A DNA stretch of 64,000 nt from Podarcis liolepis (taxonomy: Eukaryota), in the NCBI GenBank assembly GCA_965112155.1, contig OZ218105.1; one strand, written 5' to 3'. Position numbers and translations under genes: made by a program. Positions within the stretch are counted from its first letter, which is position 1. Each line of letters begins with the position of its first letter. The notes beneath the pieces were generated by a model. That model was given only the letters and a program-made list of their open reading frames with translations. It was not told the origin of the DNA and made no database searches. This document shows positions 38,955 through 49,220 of the stretch, in pieces.

Positions 38955-39304
38955 GGGACGCGGGTGGCGCTGTGGGTTAAACCACAGAGCCTAGGGCTTG
39001 CTGATCAGAAGGTCAGCGGTTCGAATCCCCGCGACAGGGTGAGCTCCCATTGCTTGGTCCCTGCTGCTGCCAACCTAGCAGTTCGAAACCACGTCAAAGT
39101 GCAAGTAGATAAACAGGTACCGCTATGGCGGGAAGGTAAACAGCGTTTCCGTGCGCTGCTCTGGTTCCCCAGAAGCGGCTTAGTCATGCTGGCCACATGA
39201 CCCAGAAGCTGTACGCTGGCTCCCTCAGCCAATAAAGCAAGATGAGTGCCACAACCCCAGAGTCAGCCACAACTGGACCTAATGGTCAGGGGTCCCTTTA
39301 CCTT
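38955..39304 (+). mobile_element. Sauria SINE, full length
   Basis: Highly similar to the 14186 copy; TSD taagcaaagg. Confidence 0.92.
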
Positions 39305-39422
39305 TAAGCAAAGGCTGAACATTAGAAAAGGAAGGGATGGTGAGAACCCCTTAAGGGACAAGATTTTTTCTTCATTTTCTTGTCCCCAACCTTTCAAGCA
39401 TAAGTAGCTACTTTTTATTTAG

Positions 39423-39516
39423 GGAAAAATCAACAGCCCCTGCTTCACTCGGATCCACATCCACATATGCCAACAGCCATGTTAACATTTCATCAGAGCA
39501 GTTAAGATTTCATGCA
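39423..39516 (+). pseudogene. Fossil gene exon K
   Basis: ctttttatttag| GKINSPCFTRIHIHICQQPC*HFIRAVKISC A|gtaaat. Confidence 0.6.
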
Positions 39517-39689
39517 GTAAATGACAACAGTTGAGTAGTTTCCCATGATTTCAAATGTTGACAGAAGAAGGAAATACATCCACAACATTATAAATTGTCA
39601 GGAAGCAGGAGGAATTTGGGGTTCTGTTCTCACTTGAAGCAGTAAAGCTGGATTTTAACTGTAATGGACAAAATGTTAACAGCTTTCAG

Positions 39690-39809
39690 TCTTTCATTGG
39701 CGTCTGGAGGCTCACCAGATCCTTTGAGTGGTTTATAGCAGTGTCTAAATTAATTGAGCTGGGAGCAGAAAGCCCATTCTGGTCAGGACACAGGAAAACA
39801 GCACCCCAG
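39690..39809 (+). pseudogene. Fossil gene exon L
   Basis: ctttcag|TC FHWRLEAHQIL*VVYSSV*IN*AGSRKPILVRTQENSTP G|gtgttt. Confidence 0.55.
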
Positions 39810-39960
39810 GTGTTTCAATTCAATAGCTTTTCTATTTTAGCAGCAGCAAGCATTCCTAACATCACAGTTTGACACAGCCGACTTCTTAAAAATGCACGTT
39901 TCCCACTTGCCCTTGTTCTAAACTCCCAAAAAGTAAAGTACCATTGTTAATTATAGCTAA

Positions 39961-41160
39961 GGTCACATTTGCACCAGACATTTAAAGCATTCTTATACCA
40001 TTTGTAGAATCATAGCTTTGATAAAAAATATTGGGAGCTGCTGTTTGTTAAGGATGCTGGGAGTTGTTAGGAGATCCCTATTCCCCTCCCAGACCTACAA
40101 TTCCAGAGTATGCTGGGGAAAGGGATTGACTGTTACCGTATTTTTCGCTCTATAACACGCACCTGACCATAACACGCACATCGTTTTTAGAGGAGGAAAA
40201 CAAGGGAAAAAACATTCTGAATGAAACAGTGGATGTATCATTTTTGTGCTTCATGCTGTGGCCACAGACATGTGATCTGATGGTGAATTTGGGGTGACCC
40301 AATGCAAAGATCCTGAGGATCCATGTGGATCCATGCTTTTTAACCACGTTTTTGCACCATTGCAGCCCCAGGCAACAGTGGGTGTGTGATTTTTGGGGGG
40401 CAGGCTGTAGCCATGGACATGCTATGTGATCTGATGGTGAATTTGGGGTGACCCAATGCAAAGATCCTGAGGATCCATGTGGATCTATGCTTTGTAACCA
40501 CATTTTAAGTGGGGAGGGAAGGAAAAACAAAGAAGGGAAAAGGAGCATGAGAGGGGTGTGCAGAGAAGCAGCTGGCTAAAAATGCAGGAGAGGAATTTAA
40601 CGGGAGGGAGGAAAGAAAGGCAAAAGTTTCCCCCCACCCAAGCACCCAAACCAGCCAGCTCTCTCTCTCTCTCTCTCCCACCTGCATGTTGCCTGCTAGT
40701 CCCTAGACGCAGCACCGGAGCACAGAGAGGAATTAGAATGAACGACTCTCCTTTCCCCTCTGCTTGCCTGGAGGGGAGGGGCTTTCCCTGCTCTTTGTTC
40801 TGTTGAGCAAACACAGCAGCGAAACAGAGGAGGGTGGGCAGTAAGACCCTGAGGCAGAATGCAGGAAAGCAGCCACTTCCTCTTTTCAGGTTTCCCTTCT
40901 CCGTGACTTGCAATTTGATTTTTGTCTAATTTTTTGGCTCCAGGGACCACACATTCGCTCCATAACACGCACATTTCCCCTTCCTTTTTAGGAGAAAAAA
41001 TCTGCGTGTTATAGAGGGAAAAATACGGTAAGTCACACTCAGGGAATTGTACCTTTGGGAAGGGAATCTCCTAACAACTCTCAACACCCTTAACAAACTA
41101 CAGTTCCCAGGATTCTTTGGGGGAGTAGGTCATTTTATCACATCTGGTGTGAATGTCCCC
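39961..41160. mobile_element. Older palindromic PIF/Harbinger-like MITE split by the 40136 element
   Basis: Ends ggtcacatttgcaccaga / tctggtgtgaatgtccc; arms gctgggagttgttaggagat / atctcctaacaactctca. Confidence 0.6.
40136..41028. mobile_element. Tc1/mariner-superfamily non-autonomous element (CCGTATTT TIR) nested in an older MITE
   Basis: TA TSD; TIR ccgtatttttcgctctataacacgca / tgcgtgttatagagggaaaaatacgg; internal about 77-bp direct repeat at 40270 and 40424. Confidence 0.88.
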
Positions 41161-41263
41161 AAGTAGAGAGGTTTTTCCCAGTGGCATAAAAGATATAGCA
41201 GGATGTGCTGCTCCTACAGCACAGATCATATTGCTTCAATTCCCACCCCTGTTTTCTGTGTAG

Positions 41264-41370
41264 ATACGTTACCTGCGTGCTTTGAGTGTAGGTGTTGGCT
41301 CAAGAGACCTTGATGAAGAAATGCAACGAAGAATAATAACATTTCTTATATTTCATTGCAGCAAAGTCCT
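41264..41370 (+). pseudogene. Fossil gene exon M
   Basis: ttttctgtgtag| IRYLRALSVGVGSRDLDEEMQRRIITFLIFHCSKV CT|gtgggt; open frame. Confidence 0.65.
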
Positions 41371-41497
41371 GTGGGTGAATTAGGCAACTTAGTTCATATG
41401 AGCCAATTCTATAATCAGTGGCTAGCTTTTTATGGATAAACTAGGGCTGCTATCTCTGCTTGCTTTGCTTGCCAAACCCTCCTACCCCTGCCCAAAG

Positions 41498-41789
41498 TGG
41501 TTGCCACCAGCTAGAGCTCAGTTGGTTAGAGCGTGGTGCTGCTAATGCCAAGGTTGCAGGTTTGATTCTCATGAGACAGCTGCATATTCCTGCATTCCAG
41601 GGGGTTGGACTAGATGATCCTCAGGGTCTCTTCCAACTCTACAATTCTATATTACTGGAGTTGCAACATGAGTTATTTAAAGGGTGAATAAAAAGGTCTT
41701 CATCTGGCACCAAAAAGATGGAGCCAGGCAAAGTTCTATGGGAAGTTTCCAGATGACCTCTCAGAAGCATTCCTTCATTATCTAATTCT
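41498..41789 (+). pseudogene. Fossil gene exon N (tRNA-Ile SINE inserted about 41509-41649)
   Basis: cccaaag|T GCH [SINE] YYWSCNMSYLKGE*KGLHLAPKRWSQAKFYGKFPDDLSEAFLHYLI CT|gtaagt. Confidence 0.65.
41509..41649 (+). mobile_element. tRNA-Ile-headed SINE with CR1-type tail
   Basis: Head agctcagttggttagagcgtggtgct..aatgccaagg (tRNA-Ile-like); same tail as the 24720 element. Confidence 0.75.
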
Positions 41790-41960
41790 GTAAGTGAGGT
41801 GGTGGATAACTTTCTCCTCTCCCTTTAACTATACACTAACGCTGCACAGTGCAGAAAGCAGCACTCATACCTCAGGGAGCCAGAAATTCAACAATCATTT
41901 GGCTGACTGGGGTGGGGCGTTGACATAGCCCTTTTGCTGCCAACATGCCTCACATTTTAG

Positions 41961-42377
41961 TTTCTGATAAAAGGAAATCAAAAGCCCAACATTCCAGAAA
42001 TATGAACTTTTCTTTATGAAAGAAAAGAAATCTGGGCTTCTCCGATCTGAGGAATGTGCTGAATAGTACTCCCATAGTCTACAGTTCTTGCCACCATCAC
42101 CAGTGGGCATACTGGCCGTATTCACATACAATGCATGTGGTATTCAATTCACTTCTAAGACACCCATAACCTGTGGATGTCTGACTTTTGCCGCATCGAT
42201 TGCCTGCTGCCTTGAGTATCTTACAGTGATCACTTTTACCCCAAAGAGCATATTCTTAATAGTCTGAAAGCCAATGAAGCAGGTCTTGTGTGTGTCCCAC
42301 AATTGTGCACAGCAATGTCATCATTCTTTTCAGTCCATTAGGCCAACAGATAACTCCCTAGGTTTGGTTTAAGCGAG
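41961..42377 (+). pseudogene. Fossil gene exon O
   Basis: cattttag|T F**KEIKSPTFQKYELFFMKEKKSGLLRSEECAE*YSHSLQFL... (fs) NLWMSDFCRIDCLLP*VSYSDHFYPKEHILNSLKANEAGL...LPRFGLSE|gtatgt. Confidence 0.65.
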
Positions 42378-42434
42378 GTATGTCTAATTTTTTCTGCTGA
42401 TAGGTTTGGCTTTCACTTCCTGAAATTTCCACAG

Positions 42435-42490
42435 ATGCAGCACAGTAAACTGATACTAGGCATCTTTTTGGAACATCTTCCCCACTCCAG
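42435..42490 (+). pseudogene. Fossil gene exon P (tentative; upstream intron only 57 nt)
   Basis: tttccacag| MQHSKLILGIFLEHLPHS, degenerate donor caagta. Confidence 0.4.
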
Positions 42491-43069
42491 CAAGTATAAT
42501 TTGGGCTTCCACATGTATAGTGGGATAAATTAAACAAAAATTTTTTTGAAAGGTCTGCATTTGTTGATTACCAGGTAGCAGTGACTGCAGGTGCTTCCAC
42601 ACAAGCTACTTAGTCACCGACAGCACATCCCTAACCATATCTATGCTGCAACCATATACCCACTAACCTTGGAGTAAGCCCCATTGAACTCAGTGGAACT
42701 TACTTCTGAGTAGCCATGGTTTTTTGATTGATCTGCTAGCCACTTTTGAATTGTCATTCTTTGTTCACTGATTTTTTAAAAAAATGCAGAGCACCAAACC
42801 TATTCAAGCTGCCTGGAGAGCAGCAAGCTGCTGCCCTGCCGCTGCCGATGTGTAAAGCAGCAGTGGGGCAATAGCTTCCTCTTCCACCTTGTCACCTCCT
42901 ACTTCTTCCTTGGCCACCCATTCCCTCACTTGATCCCCACCTCCACTTGCCTATACGTTCTATAGTTGCAAAAGTGCTGTGAGCTTGGAAAATCTCTGGA
43001 GAGAGCAAGGACAAGGTGAATGAAGGGGCTCCCTGGCCAAAAAGGAAGAAGGCAACAAATGAAGCGTTA

Positions 43070-44194
43070 TCCTGAATGGGGTACCGTATTTTCCGCTCTA
43101 TAGGACGCACCGGGCGATAAGACGCACCTAGTCTGGGGGGGAGGAAACAAGAAGGAAAAAATTCTGAACCCCAGAAGCCAGAACAGCAAGAGGGATCTGG
43201 CTTCTGGGATAGCCTCTTGCTGTTCTGGCTTCGGGGACAGCCTTTGAAGCCTCCATAGGGCAGCGGGGTGAAGGCACCCCGCTGCCCTGCAGAGGCTTTG
43301 CACAGCTAACCCCAAGCTAGAACAGCGAGAGGGAGCACTGCGCAGTGCTCCGTCTCCCTGTTCTGGCTTTGGGCTTAGCCGCACAGCCTGCATTTGCTCC
43401 ATAAGACGCACACACATTTCCCCTTACTTTTTAGAAGGGAAAAAGTGCATCCTATAGAGCGAAAAATACGGTAATTGTGCCCCTGAAGGACCAGGTGCGC
43501 AGCCTGGGAGTCATTTTGGACTCACAGCTGTCCATGGAGAGACAGGTTAATTCTTTGGCCAGGGCAGCTGTTTACCAGCTCCATCTGGAACGCAGGCTGA
43601 GACCCTACCTGCCCGCAGACTGTCTCGCCAGAGTGGTGCATGCTCGTTAGCTCCCGCTTGGACTGCTGCAATGCGCTCTGTGTGGGGCTACCTTTGAAGG
43701 TGACTCAGAAACTGCAATTAATGCAGAATGCGGCAGCTAGACTGGTGACTGGGAGCAACTGCCAAGGCCATATAACACCGGTCCTGAAGGATCTTGATTG
43801 GCTCCCAGTAAGTTTCCAAGCACATTTCAAAGTGTTGTTACTGACTGTAAAGCCCTAAACGGCTTCGGTCCTTTATACCTGAAGGAGCGTCTCCACCCCC
43901 ATCACCCAGCCTTGACACTGAGGTCCAGCGCCGAGGGCCTTCTGGAGGTTTCCTCGCTGCGAGAAGTGTAGTTACAGGGAACCAGGCAGAGGGCCTTCTC
44001 GGTAGTGGCGCCCATCCTGTGGAACGCCCTCCTAGCAGATGTCAAGGCAATAAACAACTATTTTACTTTAAAAAGACAACTGTTTAGGGAAGTTTTTAAT
44101 GTCTGATGCTGTATTGTTTTTAATATTCAGTGAAAGCCACCCAGAGTGGCTGGGGAAACCCAGCCAGATGGGCGAGGTATAAATAATAAATTAT
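43070..44194 (+). mobile_element. L2-clade LINE 3' fragment (5'-truncated), young
   Basis: PLKDQVRSLGVILDSQLSM...SRLDCCNALCVGLPLKVTQKLQLMQNAAARLVTG; 3' tail cagagtggctggggaaacccagccagatgggc...aataataaatta. Confidence 0.88.
43084..43471. mobile_element. CCGTATTT-TIR MITE inserted in L2
   Basis: TA TSD; TIR ccgtattttccgctctataggacgca / tgcatcctatagagcgaaaaatacgg. Confidence 0.88.
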
Positions 44195-44335
44195 GATGAT
44201 GCCATACTTCACTTACCACAAAAAGTAAACCACTAGGAGGTTTTTGTTTTTGTTTTACTACAGTTAAGCAATATATAAATTTAATGAAATAGATAAAAAG
44301 TACAATCTTTTGGGGAAGCACATTTGTTGCACAAG

Positions 44336-44662
44336 ACCTCTAAATCAACTTTAATTGCATGTCCCGAATCTGCTAAATATCTGATTGAATCCCACCTAAA
44401 ACTATCAGCCATCTGTAAGTGCCCTTAGTGCATTGGGTATAAGTTCCTATCCCTTTTCTGAGCTTTTGAGGAGGGAAGGACCTCACTTAACACACCTATG
44501 TTGGAACTCAAGCTCAGCATAATGACAGAAGACACTGTCCCTTTCACTCTGGACATAGTGGTGGGATCATGGAATAAACTAATTTTGGTGCTCATAAATT
44601 TTGGTTGCTGCGCTGATGACATCAGTGATTGAAAAATGGCAACAGAGAAGTATTATTGTTAA
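44336..44662 (+). pseudogene. Fossil gene terminal exon R
   Basis: gcacaag| TSKSTLIACPESAKYLIESHLKL...AFEEGRTSLNTPMLELKLSIMTEDTVPFTLDIVVGSWNKLILVLINFGCCADDISD*KMATEKYYC*. Confidence 0.6.
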
Positions 44663-44669
44663 AAGAAAC

Positions 44670-44675
44670 TTTAAT
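44670..44675 (-). terminator. PIEZO2: Candidate distal PIEZO2 polyA signal (ATTAAA)
   Basis: tttaat on + strand at the end of an AU-rich UTR-like block (44660-44900) containing a Pumilio element TGTAAATA (- strand 44845-44852). Confidence 0.45.
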
Positions 44676-45070
44676 CAAGAAAAAGGCCTTTTCATATCAT
44701 AATTACATTATACAAAGGGTATTAATATTTTAACATTTTTTTTTGCTAGTCACATTGCCACTGTTTTTTTCACACTGCATTTCAGGCAACAAAATCAAAC
44801 ACTAAACCATAGCTTGACATAGTGCATTCATAGCTTTTTACATGTATTTACAGTTTTAGCTGCAAGGAAAGATGTTGAAAGTGGGATGGATCAATAACCA
44901 CCAGAATTGAGACACCATGGCATTCCTGCTTTCTTAAAAATCTATTCTGTGCAACATTCTCTTTTCCAATTAGCCTTATTGAGTGTGCCTACACAGCTCA
45001 AGTACAGGCACCACCTCACTTGCATGTGTGCCATTTGTGTGCACCTTTTTCATCACCAAAAGGGGGTGGA

Positions 45071-45121
45071 ACAGGGGAATCCCCACTTGTGCTCACCCTG
45101 TGTAAGTGGGGATTCCCCTGT
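45071..45121. repeat. Perfect 18-bp inverted repeat with 15-nt spacer
   Basis: acaggggaatccccactt (45071-45088) / aagtggggattcccctgt (45104-45121). Confidence 0.9.
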
Positions 45122-46149
45122 ACATTATTTTTGTTTAAATGAGAGGCTGGGGCCTAGAGGTACATTAGATAGCTATACGTCCACCCCAAGGTTTGTAGTA
45201 TCAGATAGAAAGCACACTTCATCACTTTTGGGGACTGACTTGCAATGATCCCCACAGACATTCATGGTGTTTAACCTTACCATGGAAATGAGCTTAAGCC
45301 ATTCTTGGAGCCATCTTTCTAGAAGTTCTTGCTCTAACAGAAAAAACACTTCCATTATTGGATAGTGCTTATCTTCAAGAAATAGTCACCAGGGCTCAGG
45401 CATACTTGGATGCCATGCCATTTGCCTGGTCATTAAAGTTTTAATCTTAATGTGATGGGAAAGACTGCAGTTGGTTACTCAGTGGCAAGAGAAAAGCACT
45501 CTGCACAAAGTTGGAGGTACTTTATTACTTCACATGTTCCAGGACATGGTCCTGGTACAAATCAAGGCCGATCCCTAGGTGTAATGTATCACAACATTGT
45601 TCTAAAAAAACAAGAAGATACATATAATTAATTCTTTGAAAAAAGTTATGCTTTATAAATAACATGCATGTACAGGAGAGATAATCAGACACACAGTTTT
45701 CATTCAGTAAGGATTTAAATGTGATTTAAGACTTTAATCTGCTTTGGTGGTTGTGTAGAGCTCAACCATGCTACTTAGAGCCCTATATAGCTTTGATCAG
45801 AAAAAGGCAGTAAAGTTTTGGAAGATTCAAATAATCTGCTGTTTCCTATGTCCAGTCCTGTACTGAAGTACACAGCACCTTGAGGACACAGGACACGTAC
45901 AAAGGACTTTTATTTTCTAGCAGATAGCATTTGAGGACTGCACAAATCCTCATGTATTGTTACAATTTCACTGGGAAGCATTTCCTTTAAAATGATGATT
46001 ACTGGCCCAAAGTGACAAGTATGGCTTGAGAATGGAGGAGTAATAAATAACTAGCAGAGGTCAAGAAGGCAGAGACATATTAACAATTACAAAGTCAGCA
46101 GGAACTGCAGCACCTTCTGGGGCATTATACTTTAGAAAAAAGATGTCTA

Positions 46150-46560
46150 AAATGGGAAAGTTTTGAGAGGCTTATAAAATCATGCAGAGTGTGCAGTAAG
46201 TGGACAGAGAAGTTTTTGTCTCTTTCCTAGTACTAGAACATGAAGCCATTCAATGAAATTGAATGGAAATAGGACAGCCATACATAACTCATAGCTCATA
46301 GAATTTGCAGCCCCAATATGAAGTGATGGCCACTCATTCTGGATAACTTTAAAATGGAGTATTTAGACAAATTCTTGATAGCTAAACGCAACTGCCCAAT
46401 TCTGAAGCAAGGTGCTCCTGGATACTAGCTGCTGATGGGCAAACAACAGGGACAAACTTCCCTCCATGGCCTACTTGCGAGATTCCTGGAAACGTGAGGT
46501 AGGCTGCAATGGTGAAACGGGATGCCTGACTTTTGTCTAAATCTAGCAGGGCCATTCTAT
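46150..46560 (+). mobile_element. CR1 3' fragment, antisense within the long PIEZO2 3' region
   Basis: ttataaaatcatgca...gtggacagagaag; caatgaaattgaatgg; tttagacaaattc. Confidence 0.6.
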
Positions 46561-47384
46561 ACCAGTTAGCTTCTCTATTGGTTCTGTCTTACTAATTTGA
46601 TTCAAATTCCATAGGGGAGCCACGTTAAATCTCTTGCAGTAAAACAGTAGCAGAGGAAAATGATATTTTTGTTAGCTTTCTGGCACAAGCTTTTATGGAC
46701 TGCAGCCGTTGTCAGATACATGAAGATTTCTCCTTAAGAAGTAGGCGCATTTAGCTACATAGGTAAAGGGAGGAAAATGTGTAAAAAATGGGAACAAAGG
46801 GCCCTGAAACATCTGATTTCTAAGTGAAGTCTAATGTATGCAAGTTTTCATCTTGTGTAAGTTTAGGGTCTGCATATACGGTATTTGTAAACACTTCATG
46901 TAAGTCTTTAAAGGACGTTGTTTATGTTGCTTCCGTCAATAGAGAGCTAGACTATGCTTTGTTAGGAAATTATAATAACATTTGAATATGTGTCGAGTCA
47001 CCATGCCTTTTATTGGTGCAATATCCCAAAGTGGTTTATTTTGGTGTGCACTTCCTAGTGTCAATATGCTAATTTTCACAGTATTGAAATATATCAGCAA
47101 TGTTTTGATGGAAACAGATCAACTGTGTGGGCATGTCATGTCACAATTTTCTTCTACCTAACATACACCCTAGACTAAAATGTGCAAGTAATTTTACAGT
47201 TTCCTGTTCAGTTCCCATCTACCTTCTAGTGACTTATAACATTATCAAATACAATAAATAGTTATGATATTTCAATGATTACTGACAATCTCACTACGTA
47301 GACACTTTCAGTTTATAAAAAAAATTCATTCAATGTAAACAAGCATATGAAAAAATACTTCTGAAATGACTTTGCAGCATGTGC

Positions 47385-47390
47385 TTTATT
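47385..47390 (-). terminator. PIEZO2: Candidate proximal PIEZO2 polyA signal (AATAAA)
   Basis: tttatt on + strand about 1.6 kb past the stop, followed on - by U-rich sequence. Confidence 0.55.
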
Positions 47391-48967
47391 TGTCAATATG
47401 GAGTGAAAACTGCACAGTAAAACCCCTTAGCATACCTTATCCATTCAGTGATTTTTCTGTTGCTGAGAAATTGCATTTTCTAAACCATGTAATGCAAATT
47501 ACATTGCAATACTTAAATGTTCATGCTACACTGTCCTCTGCTAAATAGCCGGTGTTCACCAATAGCAATAATTTAAGAAAAGCCCCTTTTTTCAAGCTCA
47601 TTATATATATGTTTTATCATAATTAGGAACTTTAAAAACACATCCTGGACATAAAAATGAGAATTTGCATATGTTAACATTTCTGTATACCTGAAACACT
47701 GGAAGGAAATACTAGGTAGAAGTCAGATGGTTTACATTTAAACGTCAGTATAGGGTGATCTTTTTCTTTTGCTTCCTACAACATGCTTTCCCCTATTTTG
47801 TCTTTAAATGTTTCCAAGAAATCAAAGGCTGGGTTCAAATGAAATGCAAAACCATGATTAATGGTATTCACCGTTTAAAAAAAATCACACCATGGTTTTG
47901 ACCTTTCCAATGTACAACAGTAATACAACAGTTTTAAGCTTCTTGTCCTTTCCCAGCTGGCCAAGACTCAAGCTTCTTAAATTCACTCTAATTTCCATGG
48001 TGCAGCAGAGCAATGGCCCTAACTGTGGTTTGTCAATGGTCTGTGAATTCAGACATAACAGCAAACCACAGTCGGCACACACTGTGGTTTGTAAACCAGC
48101 TCTAAACTGTGGCTTCAGGTGCTAGTTCGTCAGCTCCCAACCAACCATTGTTTCTGGAGAGGCTTGAGTTCAGATATTAAAACAAACCATAATTTGTTTT
48201 GCCAAACATACTATATTTGAACAAGCCAAAGGCATCATAAAGTTCAACTGGCTTATTTTAAAAAATACCTGGCTACTTGGGAGCAATTGGCCCAGCAAAA
48301 TATTACAACGTTTCACCATAATCATTATTCGTTAGTTAAACTTTTGACAGTTTTTATTTTCCTGAGTAAAGTCACTGATGTTTTCAATGCCTCCTGTTAA
48401 TTGTTCAAATAAAATAAGGCAGTTAAAGATAATGTCAGTGAAGTTTTTTCCCTTCCAGAAGTACATCTGCAGATCTGGTTTTCTAGAAATGCACATAACA
48501 AAGTTGCCTTCAGCACCCTCTGTAATCCATTGTCTTGGATTTTCTAGAACAACTCCTCAGATCACTGCTGCCCCTTGAAAGTGATGCAAAACAGCATATT
48601 GCACACCACTCCAGAATAAGTGAGGATCTGATTAATCCAGCTGTGATATCCTTCTTTTTCCTTTGAGAATGAGAGCTGAAGCCCAAGTCAGACATGGATG
48701 CAGAATATTTTGTTCACTAAAATGAAAAGCAGATTCCTCTGATGTTAGAGGAGTTGTATTTGAAAACAAGGGCTAGCTTTCTTCATCTTTGATTTGAAAG
48801 GCAGCATATATTTCTAGGGAGCCAAATGGACTCCACAAACAGAAAATTCATTGCTACCTAATTATAAAAGGCTTCCCTCTTAAGAGAATGTTGTGCTTTG
48901 TTTTGTTTTTAAAAAAAATGACAACCAGTTGAAGTCATCTTGAATTACAATGCAAATCCCAAAAAGA

Positions 48968-49220
48968 TCAATTTGTTTTTTCTCTAGTCCATTTGATCAT
49001 AGTCTCTGGGGAGCGGTACAGGAATATTAATTTGGCATATAAATCTTCTTCCAATTCCAGTTCACCAGTCTCCCGCACTAAGAAGATGTCGGTGCACAAT
49101 TTGAGGATGCGATCTACATTGGGAAGCTCTTCAAACATTATGGAGTGGGAAATCCCACTGAAGAACTCACGGACAAATTTTCCTATTACCAGGACGACTG
49201 AAGCATATAATCCCATGATG
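48968..49220 (-). CDS. PIEZO2: PIEZO2 terminal coding exon (inner helix and CTD)
   Basis: [20 protein letters not shown]...[11 protein letters not shown]. Confidence 0.98.

Larger units (their letters stand above)
42790..44224 (+). pseudogene. Fossil gene exon Q (L2 plus MITE inserted 43070-44194)
   Basis: tgcag|A APNLFKLPGEQQAAAL...KISGESKDKVNEGAPWPKRKKATNEAL [L2] DDAILHLPQK|gtaaac. Confidence 0.55.
31312..44662 (+). pseudogene. Decayed multi-exon protein-coding gene (about 18 exons, about 1,050 codons) with RGS-domain-like motifs; probable unitary pseudogene
   Basis: Chain of GC3-rich reading frames bounded by polypyrimidine-AG and GT sites; 13 of 17 junctions phase-compatible in my manual reconstruction; in-frame stops, frameshifts, mutated splice sites and TEs inside exons. 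Confidence 0.8.
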
